From a virus, in the IMG/VR virus record IMGVR_UViG_3300046514_000542: a stretch of 64,000 nucleotides of DNA. One strand, 5' to 3'. Positions 37,716-46,587 of the stretch are shown piece after piece. Position 1 is the first letter of the stretch; each line of letters starts with the position of its first letter. The position numbers and the translations under genes are program-made. The notes beneath the pieces were generated by a model. The model saw only the letters and a program-made list of their open reading frames with translations, did not search any database and was not told where the DNA came from.

Positions 37716-38818
37716 AAGTCCGCGGCACATGCTCATGGTTTGGTGGCCCTGACGATACCGGTGTATCGCCTAGTGAAGGATTGGCATTCATCTATAATGT
37801 GGATATGGCACCACATCTATTTCTACCTACACAGCCACCCGGCACAACCGGGTTAGCGAGGCGATTAGACCCCGAGGTAAACTATATCGCATGTCGTTGG
37901 GATTACGAAGCTCCTGGTACGTCTCGAGACGATCTACTCACCGCCAAGGTAATGGTCCGAGCTATTAAGACAGGAAAAATAATTCGAACCGTTTCTCCTG
38001 CCGACTGGGGACCACACGTAGACACCGGCCGGGTGGCTGATTTGAGTCCTGGCTTAATGAAAGAGCTTGGTATCGATACAGATGACGAAGTAGAAGTTAC
38101 TTTGCTTGATGATGCGGAGGCTACAATGCCATACGGTAGCGTTGTGATATCATCTGGCCATGGCAAATACATCAGGGGAGCAAGCGGTATACTAGATGAG
38201 GTAGATGAAGCTCGTGAAGTAGTGGATGCTGTTGCAGATTACTTGCACGCTGCCGGTATTGAAGTTACAACTTTTCATGACAACGTATCAACCAGCCAAA
38301 ATGAAAATCTGAACCGTATTGTCGATTTTCATAATGAGCAAACCCGCGATCTTGACATCAGTGTTCATTTTAATGCTTATGAAGATACATCTAAGCCCAT
38401 GGGTACTGAAGTACTGTACGTCACTCAATCCACCTTGGCCGCAAACATGTCGGCGGCGATTAGTTCCGCAGGCGATTTTATTGATCGTGGTCCTAAGAAG
38501 CGAACGGATTTATTTTTCCTTAATAATACTGAACAACCAGCTATCCTAATTGAAACTTGCTTTGTGGATTCATCTGCAGACGCAGACCTATACAATAAGA
38601 ACTTTGAAGAAATTTGTCGTGCTATTGTTGATGTTCTAGCTGGCCGCTCAACAGCTACACCAGACCCACCTCATCTTCCAGACGAACGTCCGCCACCAGA
38701 ACCACCGGCTGAGCAGCATGTGGATATAGTCATTACTGCGCCGCGTGGTGTCATAGTAAATGTCACACAAATGACCACCGGGGAGCCTGGTGTAAAGATA
38801 TTGCGTAAAACGCCGTAG
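37712..38818 (+). CDS. endolysin: N-acetylmuramoyl-L-alanine amidase (Amidase_3 type) with an extra N-terminal domain
   Basis: The central/C-terminal part (VVISSGHGKYIRGASG...DEAREVV...ISVHFNAY...GTEVLY) fits Amidase_3. The N-terminus GTCSWFGGPDDTGVSPSEG resembles RlpA/DPBB-type domains (tentative). Confidence 0.75.
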   Translation: MKVRGTCSWFGGPDDTGVSPSEGLAFIYNVDMAPHLFLPTQPPGTTGLARRLDPEVNYIACRWDYEAPGTSRDDLLTAKVMVRAIKTGKIIRTVSPADWGPHVDTGRVADLSPGLMKELGIDTDDEVEVTLLDDAEATMPYGSVVISSGHGKYIRGASGILDEVDEAREVVDAVADYLHAAGIEVTTFHDNVSTSQNENLNRIVDFHNEQTRDLDISVHFNAYEDTSKPMGTEVLYVTQSTLAANMSAAISSAGDFIDRGPKKRTDLFFLNNTEQPAILIETCFVDSSADADLYNKNFEEICRAIVDVLAGRSTATPDPPHLPDERPPPEPPAEQHVDIVITAPRGVIVNVTQMTTGEPGVKILRKTP

Positions 38819-38936
38819 GTGCAAGGGTTTGACCAGTTTTAACGATGCGTAAAACCTGGTTGTAATGCCATTAACGCAGGTGGGGGTAGGGGCCGTGCAC
38901 CCCCTAAAAACACCCTATTTTGCGGTTTTGAGCAGT

Positions 38937-38982
38937 AAAGGCCGAGGACTGTTACACTTGGTGAATATATGTCCTCGGCCTT
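38937..38982 (+). terminator. long stem-loop after the lysis genes
   Basis: AAAGGCCGAGGAC / GTCCTCGGCCTT with a ~21-nt loop. There is no clear U-tract. Confidence 0.35.
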
Positions 38983-39117
38983 CTGTGTACTGCGGTGTGC
39001 GCAAGGACGGAGAGTGGCGGCCGATCCAAATCCATCCGGACGTGACTACCCGTTTACACATTAAGATTCTAGCACCAAATTATGGCAGCACTATGGTAGA
39101 CCCAATAGGAGAAATCA

Positions 39118-39510
39118 ATGGCCTTCCAATATGGGACCACGCTGCGAAATAACCAAGTTTCGCAAATCCAAACCACGGTCGGTGCCAGTGGCACGTTGAA
39201 GATATTCTCTGGTGCTGAACCAGCAAACTGCGCGGCGGCTGATCCTACCGGGTTGCTCGCTACTATCGTGCTTCCGGCATCATTTCTCACCAGTTCTGGT
39301 GGTGTGACTACTATCGCAGGATCATGGTCTGTTGCAGCAAGTGGTGGTGGGGCTGGTACGAACGCACTATGTTTCCGTATGTATGATGGATCGTCGGTTT
39401 GTCATGTGCAGGGGAATTGCTCGACCGATCTAGTGCTAAACAATCCAAACATCGCCACTGGTCAAACTGTAACTGTCACAAGCTTTACGGTCACTGCTGG
39501 GAATGCTTAA
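39118..39510 (+). CDS. hypothetical protein (130 aa)
   Basis: AGGAG RBS. G/T/S-rich beta-type sequence. Confidence 0.55.
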   Translation: MAFQYGTTLRNNQVSQIQTTVGASGTLKIFSGAEPANCAAADPTGLLATIVLPASFLTSSGGVTTIAGSWSVAASGGGAGTNALCFRMYDGSSVCHVQGNCSTDLVLNNPNIATGQTVTVTSFTVTAGNA

Positions 39511-39821
39511 TGTCATGGATTAGATCTGGCTTCTGCAACCGTTGTGGTGAATGTTGTGTCGGCTCGCCTGGATGGGCGGGCCGATCTGATTTAGAGACTG
39601 ACGACTCCATGCGGCGTGAACCACCGGTCAAAGGCATGTGCCCTTTGTATGAACTACATGTCGGTGCACCCGAAGGCGATGGCTTTTGCATTGGGCACGA
39701 GCCTCCTAATCAGCATCCATACTATTTGACCGGGTGTAATGTCTGGCCACAACACCCGGATAATATTGCCAATTGCCCTTCATGTTCATATACGTTTACA
39801 TGGATAGCTGATGGCGACTAA
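39510..39821 (+). CDS. Cys-rich protein with CxxCxxCC motif (YkgJ/zinc-or-iron-chelating type)
   Basis: ATG 39510 overlaps the upstream TAA. FCNRCGECCVG plus further Cys residues (CPLY, FCIGH, CNVW, CPSC). Confidence 0.5.
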   Translation: MSWIRSGFCNRCGECCVGSPGWAGRSDLETDDSMRREPPVKGMCPLYELHVGAPEGDGFCIGHEPPNQHPYYLTGCNVWPQHPDNIANCPSCSYTFTWIADGD

Positions 39822-42800
39822 GGTTTTCTACGTTCTTAATACCGCTGCAACCACACCAGATTGGTTTGGGGTTCTGCAGGATGGTGGATCTGCGCCTACA
39901 GATGCAGCGTGCACATTCGGTTATGCTCCCGGCAAATTGGCGATTAGCAGTTATTGTCGTTCGAGGCTTGGTGCTTCTGGTACATCTGGCACTACGGCAA
40001 CCACATCATATATTAGTGGAGCAACAGGTCCAACAGCAGGTACTGGAGCAACAGGCACCACTGCCGGTGATTGTTTCAGTACTTCGTCTACTTATTATGG
40101 AACTTTTGCTTCTGGTACTTGGACATTCGTTTGGAACTTGCGTGGTAGCACGGCCGGTATGGTCGGCCGCTTGGGAATGCGGGTCTGGGCGAGTACCAAT
40201 GTCAGTGGTACTGGCGCACGTGAACTAACATCTGGTGAAATTTTTGGTACTTCACAAACAATATCAACAACTGTTAATACTAATTCTGGTATCAGTTGGG
40301 CGGCTCCTGCTATAACTCTTGCTAATGAATATTTATTCTTCCAGCTGGAGTGGCAAGAACAGACTACTGCAGGATCAAGCAACTCAGATAATGCTTTCTT
40401 CCGAGTTGGAAGTAGTATTACTACGACGAACTGGTCACCGATAGTTGATGGTGATCTTATTCTACCTCAAGCTGCGCAAACACTTTCAGCAGCCGGTAAC
40501 TCTATTGTTGATGGCGATCTGATTCTCCCGCAAGCCGTGCAGACCCTTTCAGCGGCGGGTGGACCAGTTGTTCGCGGCACGCTCGCCAGGACCGAGATTG
40601 ACGACACCCTGGCCGCGACGGGAACGAACGGCGCTGCTGCTGGTACAATTCTTTTCTATTGCCCAGCTAGTGTTGCACTCTCAAATAGTAACTTAACCGC
40701 AACAAAAATTAGTGGCTCAGGATATGCAACTACTTATTCTCAATCAACTAGAGGAGCAACTAAAGTTTATGCAGAGGTTCATATTGATTATTTTAGTACC
40801 GTAATTCATCTTATAGGAATAGGCACGACTGGTGAATCTTTAACTGCATATGTAGGGTCTTCTGCAACTTCATACGGTTGGAATGGTGGTGGTAATATCT
40901 ATCACAGTGGGACGTCCGGTGCCACGGTTTCAAGTTTTACTCAAGGAGATTGGCTTGCATTTGCACTTGATCGAACTGGGCCAATTTTTCAAATTCGAAA
41001 TATTACTCAAGGAGGTGCGTGGTCCAGCTCATTATCAGCTAGTGGGTTTGATACCACCGATGCCTGCTTAGGAGTATCTCTGTATGATAATTCTAATGCT
41101 GCCACTTTTAATTTTGATGGGACATTTTTAGGAACTCCCCCTGGCTCTGGCTATACGCGATGGGATGGCTCATCCATCAGCGGCGCTCCGGGCACCATCA
41201 CCGGCACGCTCAACCTTATTGAGGCCGACGACACGATTGCGGCGGCTGGCGGCTCTATTGTTGAGGGTCATCTCGGCACGGTTGGCGCAAGTGGCACTCC
41301 GACGACGGTCTACAACAATACGTTCGATGCGACCGATACCAATTGGGGTAATGAAACTCACGTTGTCCAAGTTGGAGCGGGTAACCTAGCCGCTGGGTCT
41401 GGCACACAGGTTCGGCTCACACTGGAATTTGCGGTCTTTGGCGCAGGCGAGACATGCAAGATTTATTTCGGGCAGCAGGCGATAAGTGGTGATCCGCAAG
41501 ATTTTGCCAATACGCCCGCACACGTCACGTTTGGCGGCGGCAATATCACAAGTGACGGATCGACGCTGGTTTATGTTTCGGACTGGGTCGATTTGCCAGA
41601 GGCTTACGACGAGACCAAGAACTATATTCATTGTCAGTATTACGCCCCCGGTTCCGTTAATCTACGAAACACGTTTCGAGTAGGGAATGATCAATGGTAC
41701 TTGGCCGCAGGCGGTGATGACGCGGCGACGGTCGACAAGACCGCTTCGAATTATCTGCATTGGGCTTCGAACAATGCAATTTTAGTAAGGACGATTGAGG
41801 TCCGTGGTGTCGCTGCGCCAGCGGGTATCGTCCAAGCCGATCAGACGCTCGCCGCCGCTGGCAGTGTCGGGGAGACAACCGGCATCTCTGGCGGGCTCAC
41901 CGTCATACAGGCTAACCAGACCTTAGTCGCCGCTGGCGTCGTTACGATTAACGGCACGCTCAGTGTCCAGCAGGCATCGCAAACCCTGGTGGCAATTGGT
42001 ACTGTTCTAGTTCGTGGCACGCTTTCTGCCCCACAGACTAACCAGACATTGGTTTCTGTTGGTGGGCCTGTTGTCAGTGGCGCTCTTAGTACTCTACAAG
42101 CAAATCAAACGATAGTTTCCGCTGGTACAGTTCAAGTCCGTGGCACGCTTTCTGCCCCACAGGCAAACCAGACACTAGTATCAATCGGTGGCCCTGTTGT
42201 TCGAGGCACTCTTAGTGCCCCGCAAGCCGCGCAAACTCTATCTGCCGGTGGTTCTGTTATTTCTGGTATCAGTGGTACACTCAATCTTCTTCAAGCATCA
42301 CAAACATTATCAGCTACCGGTACAGTTCCAGTCGTATGTTTCGGTAGTCTAAATCTTCCGCAAGCAGCACAGACACTTGCTGCTGCTGGATCACCAATTG
42401 TCAGTAGTACTCTTAGTACCCCACAAGCAAATCAGACACTTGTATCTGTTGGCAAGGTAACTGTTTCTGGTGTATTGAATAGCATCCAAGTAACCCAGAC
42501 AATTGTATCCACCGGCAAAGTGGTTGTTTCTGGTATTCTTAGTTCTGTGCAAGAGAGCCAATCATTACAAGCAACCGGCACAGTTTCAATTCGCGGTACT
42601 CTAAATGTTAATCAGTACTCTCAAACATTATCAGCTGCTGGCGCTGTCTATGGTACCGCTATCGGCACATTGCGTGTTACTCAACAAGATCAATGGATAA
42701 CAGCTACCGGTGTAGCCGGTGTTATAAAGGACTATTGGATATCAGACTCCATTCCATCACCAGATATAGTTATCCCACCACCCTATGTTCCTCCACCTAA

Positions 42801-42897
42801 TATTCCGTGGATGTCTAGTGAGGCTCCTTCATACCAACCCCCACTTCCTCCAGTAACTCCACCCCGGCAGGGCTGGTGGTCTGGGTCTATTCCTTAA
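39811..42897 (+). CDS. large repeat-containing fibre/adhesin-like protein with SPRY-like domain
   Basis: 1028 aa. SPRY-type pattern at about nt 40642-41130 (KVYAEVHIDYF..IGIG...SYGWNGGGNIYHSG...GDWLAFALDRTG..F). About 18 copies of a ~20-aa unit (..GTLSxPQAxQTLxSxG..V.V.). Pro-rich tail. Confidence 0.65.
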   Translation: MATKVFYVLNTAATTPDWFGVLQDGGSAPTDAACTFGYAPGKLAISSYCRSRLGASGTSGTTATTSYISGATGPTAGTGATGTTAGDCFSTSSTYYGTFASGTWTFVWNLRGSTAGMVGRLGMRVWASTNVSGTGARELTSGEIFGTSQTISTTVNTNSGISWAAPAITLANEYLFFQLEWQEQTTAGSSNSDNAFFRVGSSITTTNWSPIVDGDLILPQAAQTLSAAGNSIVDGDLILPQAVQTLSAAGGPVVRGTLARTEIDDTLAATGTNGAAAGTILFYCPASVALSNSNLTATKISGSGYATTYSQSTRGATKVYAEVHIDYFSTVIHLIGIGTTGESLTAYVGSSATSYGWNGGGNIYHSGTSGATVSSFTQGDWLAFALDRTGPIFQIRNITQGGAWSSSLSASGFDTTDACLGVSLYDNSNAATFNFDGTFLGTPPGSGYTRWDGSSISGAPGTITGTLNLIEADDTIAAAGGSIVEGHLGTVGASGTPTTVYNNTFDATDTNWGNETHVVQVGAGNLAAGSGTQVRLTLEFAVFGAGETCKIYFGQQAISGDPQDFANTPAHVTFGGGNITSDGSTLVYVSDWVDLPEAYDETKNYIHCQYYAPGSVNLRNTFRVGNDQWYLAAGGDDAATVDKTASNYLHWASNNAILVRTIEVRGVAAPAGIVQADQTLAAAGSVGETTGISGGLTVIQANQTLVAAGVVTINGTLSVQQASQTLVAIGTVLVRGTLSAPQTNQTLVSVGGPVVSGALSTLQANQTIVSAGTVQVRGTLSAPQANQTLVSIGGPVVRGTLSAPQAAQTLSAGGSVISGISGTLNLLQASQTLSATGTVPVVCFGSLNLPQAAQTLAAAGSPIVSSTLSTPQANQTLVSVGKVTVSGVLNSIQVTQTIVSTGKVVVSGILSSVQESQSLQATGTVSIRGTLNVNQYSQTLSAAGAVYGTAIGTLRVTQQDQWITATGVAGVIKDYWISDSIPSPDIVIPPPYVPPPNIPWMSSEAPSYQPPLPPVTPPRQGWWSGSIP
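41818..42714 (+). repeat. about 14 tandem ~60-66-nt coding repeats inside ORF 39811..42897
   Basis: Recurrent Q-x-x-Q-T-(L/I) cores (QADQTL, QANQTL, QASQTL, QTNQTL ...). Three more copies lie at about 40438-40635 and one near 41200. Confidence 0.75.
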
Positions 42898-42906
42898 GGA
42901 GACAAC

Positions 42907-43119
42907 ATGCGATCACCTTGGGCTCCTAATAAATACGGATATACCCCGGTTTATCCAACCATGACGGTGCGAGCTGATGGCACCTATCGATTAAAGCCAG
43001 TCAAACCGCCCCATGCTGTCTCATCCTTAGGCCATGGTTCCAAGCAAATTTCATACACAGTATCTTCATACGGCAAAGTTCGTGGGTTTACCAGTCACTC
43101 ACTTATTGTACGCTTTTAG
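42907..43119 (+). CDS. hypothetical protein (70 aa)
   Basis: AAGGAG RBS. Last gene of the plus-strand block. Confidence 0.45.
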   Translation: MRSPWAPNKYGYTPVYPTMTVRADGTYRLKPVKPPHAVSSLGHGSKQISYTVSSYGKVRGFTSHSLIVRF

Positions 43120-43564
43120 GATCTGGTGGGAAGAAGCCCGAAAACCGGCCCATGTTTTGATCAGCTTGAGATATAGTGAATTTACTTAATCTTGGTGTAC
43201 CATTCCTAATGATGTTTGCACTGCATGAATACTTTTCACCAGTTTTAAATTCTACAAGGACCATTACAGTTTCAACTCTATCTGGGTAATTAGATGGTCT
43301 AACGTTGCTAGCAATGTTATACTCTCTAACCGTCGTAGCCCAAGCTTCTGATATGAAAATAACAGCATCTGGTTCTAAGTGTTTAGTGACTGCTCTAATA
43401 GCAGTACTCATAATATCTTTTTCTTCATCATCCTCCATTGACAATGGCATCATAGCATGGTCATCGCCCTTAACAAAAACAGCCATTGCTTCAATACATT
43501 TTTGCTCATTAAATATGCTTGTGATTATTTTTAATTCTATTTCAACCAGTTCCTTTTTGTTCAT
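43103..43564 (-). CDS. hypothetical protein, AT-rich gene
   Basis: ATG 43564 with a GGAG RBS. Its 3' end overlaps the convergent plus-strand gene by 17 nt. Confidence 0.5.
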   Translation of the reverse strand: MNKKELVEIELKIITSIFNEQKCIEAMAVFVKGDDHAMMPLSMEDDEEKDIMSTAIRAVTKHLEPDAVIFISEAWATTVREYNIASNVRPSNYPDRVETVMVLVEFKTGEKYSCSANIIRNGTPRLSKFTISQADQNMGRFSGFFPPDPKSVQ

Positions 43565-43781
43565 CACAGTACTCCTCTGCCCAGATTTTCCATCTTTGAT
43601 ATAGTAAAAAAGGGCCTTGTCGTGACATTTGTAGTATCTGGCTAATTTCTCGCCAAGTACAGTGTTTCTTATCTCTCAGATCTATGATCGTAAATACTTT
43701 TGTAGGGTCTCTTGGTGCTCCATGCGGATATCTGCGTTTTGATCTCTGTGTCTGGCTACTATCCGTTGCTAAGTTTGTCAT
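43542..43781 (-). CDS. putative HTH protein (79 aa)
   Basis: CTWREISQILQMSRQGPFLLYQRW is HTH-like. Confidence 0.45.
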   Translation of the reverse strand: MTNLATDSSQTQRSKRRYPHGAPRDPTKVFTIIDLRDKKHCTWREISQILQMSRQGPFLLYQRWKIWAEEYCDEQKGTG

Positions 43782-43839
43782 TTGTAATACTCACTCTTTA
43801 CTAGGTTTATACCTATGGTACCACATAAATTGCTCGTTG

Positions 43840-45285
43840 TTAAATAAGCCATTGCCGGAATTCGTCGCCTTGTAGAGTAGACGACATACTGATTTTCTTG
43901 CGCAATACCTGTATCAGTTTTTCATCTATTGTACCGGGTGCCCGTAGATCGATGTAAGTCACATACTTGGTTTGTCCTATACGATGTGCTCTGTCCTCGC
44001 TTTGCTGGCGGTCTTCGTTATCGAAACTATTGGCGTAGTAGATAACGAGATTACACGCTGTCCAGGTATTGCCGAACTTGCCAACTGATTGATTGCTGAC
44101 AATAAACCGGCAAGCATCGTCGGCTTGTATTTTCTCACGAGCTTCCACGCGCTCATCAAGCGTGGTCTCCCCCCAGAATGTCACTGTGCTATCATCACCA
44201 AACTCCTTACGAAGCTTAGCAGTTATCTTGCGCAAAGCAGCCGGGTAAGGAGCCCAGATAATAGCCTTGCCGCTGTGCTGTTGAAGTATTTCGACAACAG
44301 CCTCGGTACGGTTTTCTGGTATGTGACCTATTCCATCATTTTCGGTATGCACATGCCCACACAAGATATGTTGCATCTTGCTTAGCTGGTCAAGCTTCAT
44401 ACTGGCGGTAGCATATTCACCATTCGCCAATTTAGTCGTAGCTATATCACGTATCTGCCGGTATGCCAGATCTTGCTCTGGTGTCAGATCAACATCCCAA
44501 AATTGATAGATCTTAGGCGGAAGGTCAAGGACTTCCGTCTTAGTCACTCTGTAACTACGAGCCATGATCTTTTTATTGAGTTCTTCCAAGTTTCTATAAC
44601 CTATGATAACCGTCGCTTCCCTGGTGCGTTTGCCTTCCACACGCAGATGAGCCGGTGTGAAGTTGACCTTCTGTGTAATGGCATAGCGATGCTTGAAGTC
44701 CCAGAAGTTCTTCAGGCCAATGATACTACGACTTAAGAACGCATATTGCGTGAATAAATCCATCGGACTCTCTGGCGCTACCAACCCGGTCAAAATCCTA
44801 CGGGCCTTGAACCTGTACGCCAAGCTGTTCAATATGAACTGTGTTCGCTGTGCTTCTTGGTGTGCGATAGTGGTGCTCTCATCGATAACACCAATGACAT
44901 TCCGATGGCCGATAAATTTTTCAATGTAGTCTCGTGCTGGGCCTTTGCGGTTCAATGCTTCAATATTCATGATCAAGCATCGTGGCTTAGTCGCATAGAT
45001 TAAGTCAGCAAGCTCTTTCTGCTGGGCCTTGTTGGCTCCGCTGCGCCACGCAGCTCGGCAATAGCTGAAATCAGTCGGTAGCCATGTATCTAGTTCTGTG
45101 AACCAATTAAGATACGTGCCTTTGGGAGCAATCACAACCAAGTCCATACGACCTTGGGTATTGCGCATTGTCCAATCATCAATCACTACACGAGATTTAC
45201 CGGTGCCCATTTCCATAAGCAACGCATAGACATCGTTCTTTTGGAGTAAATCCAGTGCGGTTACTTGGTGTTGATATCGGTTCAT
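43840..45285 (-). CDS. SNF2-family helicase/ATPase
   Basis: Motif I LLMEMGTGKS, motif II VIDESTTI, motif VI QSEDRAHRIGQTKYVTYIDL. Confidence 0.85.
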   Translation of the reverse strand: MNRYQHQVTALDLLQKNDVYALLMEMGTGKSRVVIDDWTMRNTQGRMDLVVIAPKGTYLNWFTELDTWLPTDFSYCRAAWRSGANKAQQKELADLIYATKPRCLIMNIEALNRKGPARDYIEKFIGHRNVIGVIDESTTIAHQEAQRTQFILNSLAYRFKARRILTGLVAPESPMDLFTQYAFLSRSIIGLKNFWDFKHRYAITQKVNFTPAHLRVEGKRTREATVIIGYRNLEELNKKIMARSYRVTKTEVLDLPPKIYQFWDVDLTPEQDLAYRQIRDIATTKLANGEYATASMKLDQLSKMQHILCGHVHTENDGIGHIPENRTEAVVEILQQHSGKAIIWAPYPAALRKITAKLRKEFGDDSTVTFWGETTLDERVEAREKIQADDACRFIVSNQSVGKFGNTWTACNLVIYYANSFDNEDRQQSEDRAHRIGQTKYVTYIDLRAPGTIDEKLIQVLRKKISMSSTLQGDEFRQWLI

Positions 45286-45287
45286 AT

Positions 45288-45509
45288 TTATTCCTTTGTT
45301 ATTGTAATCTTAACTCTATCTCCAGCCGTTATATTAGGTTCTTCATAACCCACAAATAATGCTTCCCATGAATCTTCAAGGCGGATATACCAGCCCATTG
45401 ACTCCTTACGGAAGATAGCTTCTTTCCCAAGCCCACAGACCCATTTAGTATCAAATCGTTCAGTAACAGATTGGACTAATACGCTGCGGATAACGATAGA
45501 TACTGCCAT
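45288..45509 (-). CDS. hypothetical protein (73 aa)
   Basis: ATG 45509. No domain recognised. Confidence 0.5.
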   Translation of the reverse strand: MAVSIVIRSVLVQSVTERFDTKWVCGLGKEAIFRKESMGWYIRLEDSWEALFVGYEEPNITAGDRVKITITKE

Positions 45510-45510
45510 A

Positions 45511-45780
45511 TTACTTGCCCCGTATCTTCTTAAGATCTAACTGCGTTTCACCACACGCGATCAATACAGCGGCCACAGTCGCAAATTGCGGGCGCTTAGT
45601 CTTACCGTTGAACCAATTGTAAAGAGTTGTTTTTGTGACACCACTGGATTCTGAGACTTCGTTAATGGTACCACTATCAGCAAAGACCTTGGTGCGGATA
45701 TAGTCGATAACAGGGTCCTTGTCTATGAAGTTATATGACTTGTAGACATGCAACGTCCGCTTATGGTTTCTTGCCAACAT
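45511..45780 (-). CDS. HTH DNA-binding protein
   Basis: ATG 45780 with AGGAGG 9 nt upstream; the track start 45813 is GTG. SGVTKTTLYNWFNGKTKRP is an HTH. Confidence 0.5.
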   Translation of the reverse strand: MLARNHKRTLHVYKSYNFIDKDPVIDYIRTKVFADSGTINEVSESSGVTKTTLYNWFNGKTKRPQFATVAAVLIACGETQLDLKKIRGK

Positions 45781-46126
45781 AGGTCCCATCCTCCTGGTGA
45801 AGTGCTGCCCCACGCCTTACTAAAGACCCAAGTGCCGAAGATACAGCTTGCTTATTATGTTTCTTCAATACAGCCATGACCTCAAATGCCCGCATTGGTT
45901 TTTCTGATATCTCCTTCAACACAGATTCAATTGTAGTTCCCGGTTGCGGGACATATGCACCATTCACACGCCGCGGTCTCCCCACTCTCTGTGCTTTCTT
46001 TGCTGGTGGCACCATATCAGCCAGCTTATCGATCCCTGCCACCTGTGCCCAGTTTGGCAACGAATTGATAAACTGTCCCACCTTCGTTGTGGGTACCCGT
46101 ACCCGTACATCCATATAGAATATCAT
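45761..46126 (-). CDS. winged-helix-like DNA-binding protein
   Basis: ATG 46126 with an AGAGG RBS. C-terminal PGTTIESVLKEI...AFEVMAVLKK...AVSSALGSLVRRGAAL..EDGTY is a wHTH-type pattern. Confidence 0.5.
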   Translation of the reverse strand: MIFYMDVRVRVPTTKVGQFINSLPNWAQVAGIDKLADMVPPAKKAQRVGRPRRVNGAYVPQPGTTIESVLKEISEKPMRAFEVMAVLKKHNKQAVSSALGSLVRRGAALHQEDGTYVGKKP

Positions 46127-46148
46127 AGTGTGCACCTCTTTGTTAACC

Positions 46149-46185
46149 TGTAAAGCATTTTAGCACACACCTATTTGGATTGCAA
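46149..46185 (-). promoter_or_regulatory. sigma70-type promoter with GCTTTACA core
   Basis: The minus strand reads TTGCAA (46185-46180), 17-nt spacer, TAAAAT (46162-46157), GCTTTACAG, then the AGAGG RBS. Confidence 0.7.
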
Positions 46186-46587
46186 CATTGAGCTTATTTC
46201 ATCCCAATTCCACCCACCCGGTCCTCCTCCCCATCGCATACCAGCAATGTTTATCAATCCACCTTCGGCTAATGCCTTGGCTTGATCACCACGCATCAAC
46301 CATAGTTCATCAGTCCCATCATGAATCAGGGCTGTAGGCGTTCGCCGCACTGCAATCCAGACGTTACCGCCGTAGCGGTATCGTTTGGATATCCAGGCGA
46401 CTTGCAGTGGTTTGATTTGGACGTGAAAGATTTTAGTGAATTTGAATTCTAGCCAACCCTGGACACCAACCGGTGTGCAGAATTCGGAGTCTGGTACTCC
46501 ACTCGCACTACCGGCAGTCTCAATAGATGTCCATTGCCATGTGCTGAAGCGACTACGGAATAGTGGTCGAAGACCCCCATCCTTCAT
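46171..46587 (-). CDS. PD-(D/E)xK nuclease (VRR-NUC-like)
   Basis: GVPDSEF...GWLEFKFTK matches the PD...ExK layout. Confidence 0.5.
   Translation of the reverse strand: MKDGGLRPLFRSRFSTWQWTSIETAGSASGVPDSEFCTPVGVQGWLEFKFTKIFHVQIKPLQVAWISKRYRYGGNVWIAVRRTPTALIHDGTDELWLMRGDQAKALAEGGLINIAGMRWGGGPGGWNWDEISSMLQSK

Noticed and set aside
38865-39152. ORF 38865..39152 (+) in the gap after the endolysin
   Set aside because: It has no RBS, spans the hairpins and the GC-rich island, and overlaps the well-supported start (AGGAG RBS) of ORF 39118..39510. A small spanin-type ORF here cannot be excluded, but none was convincing.
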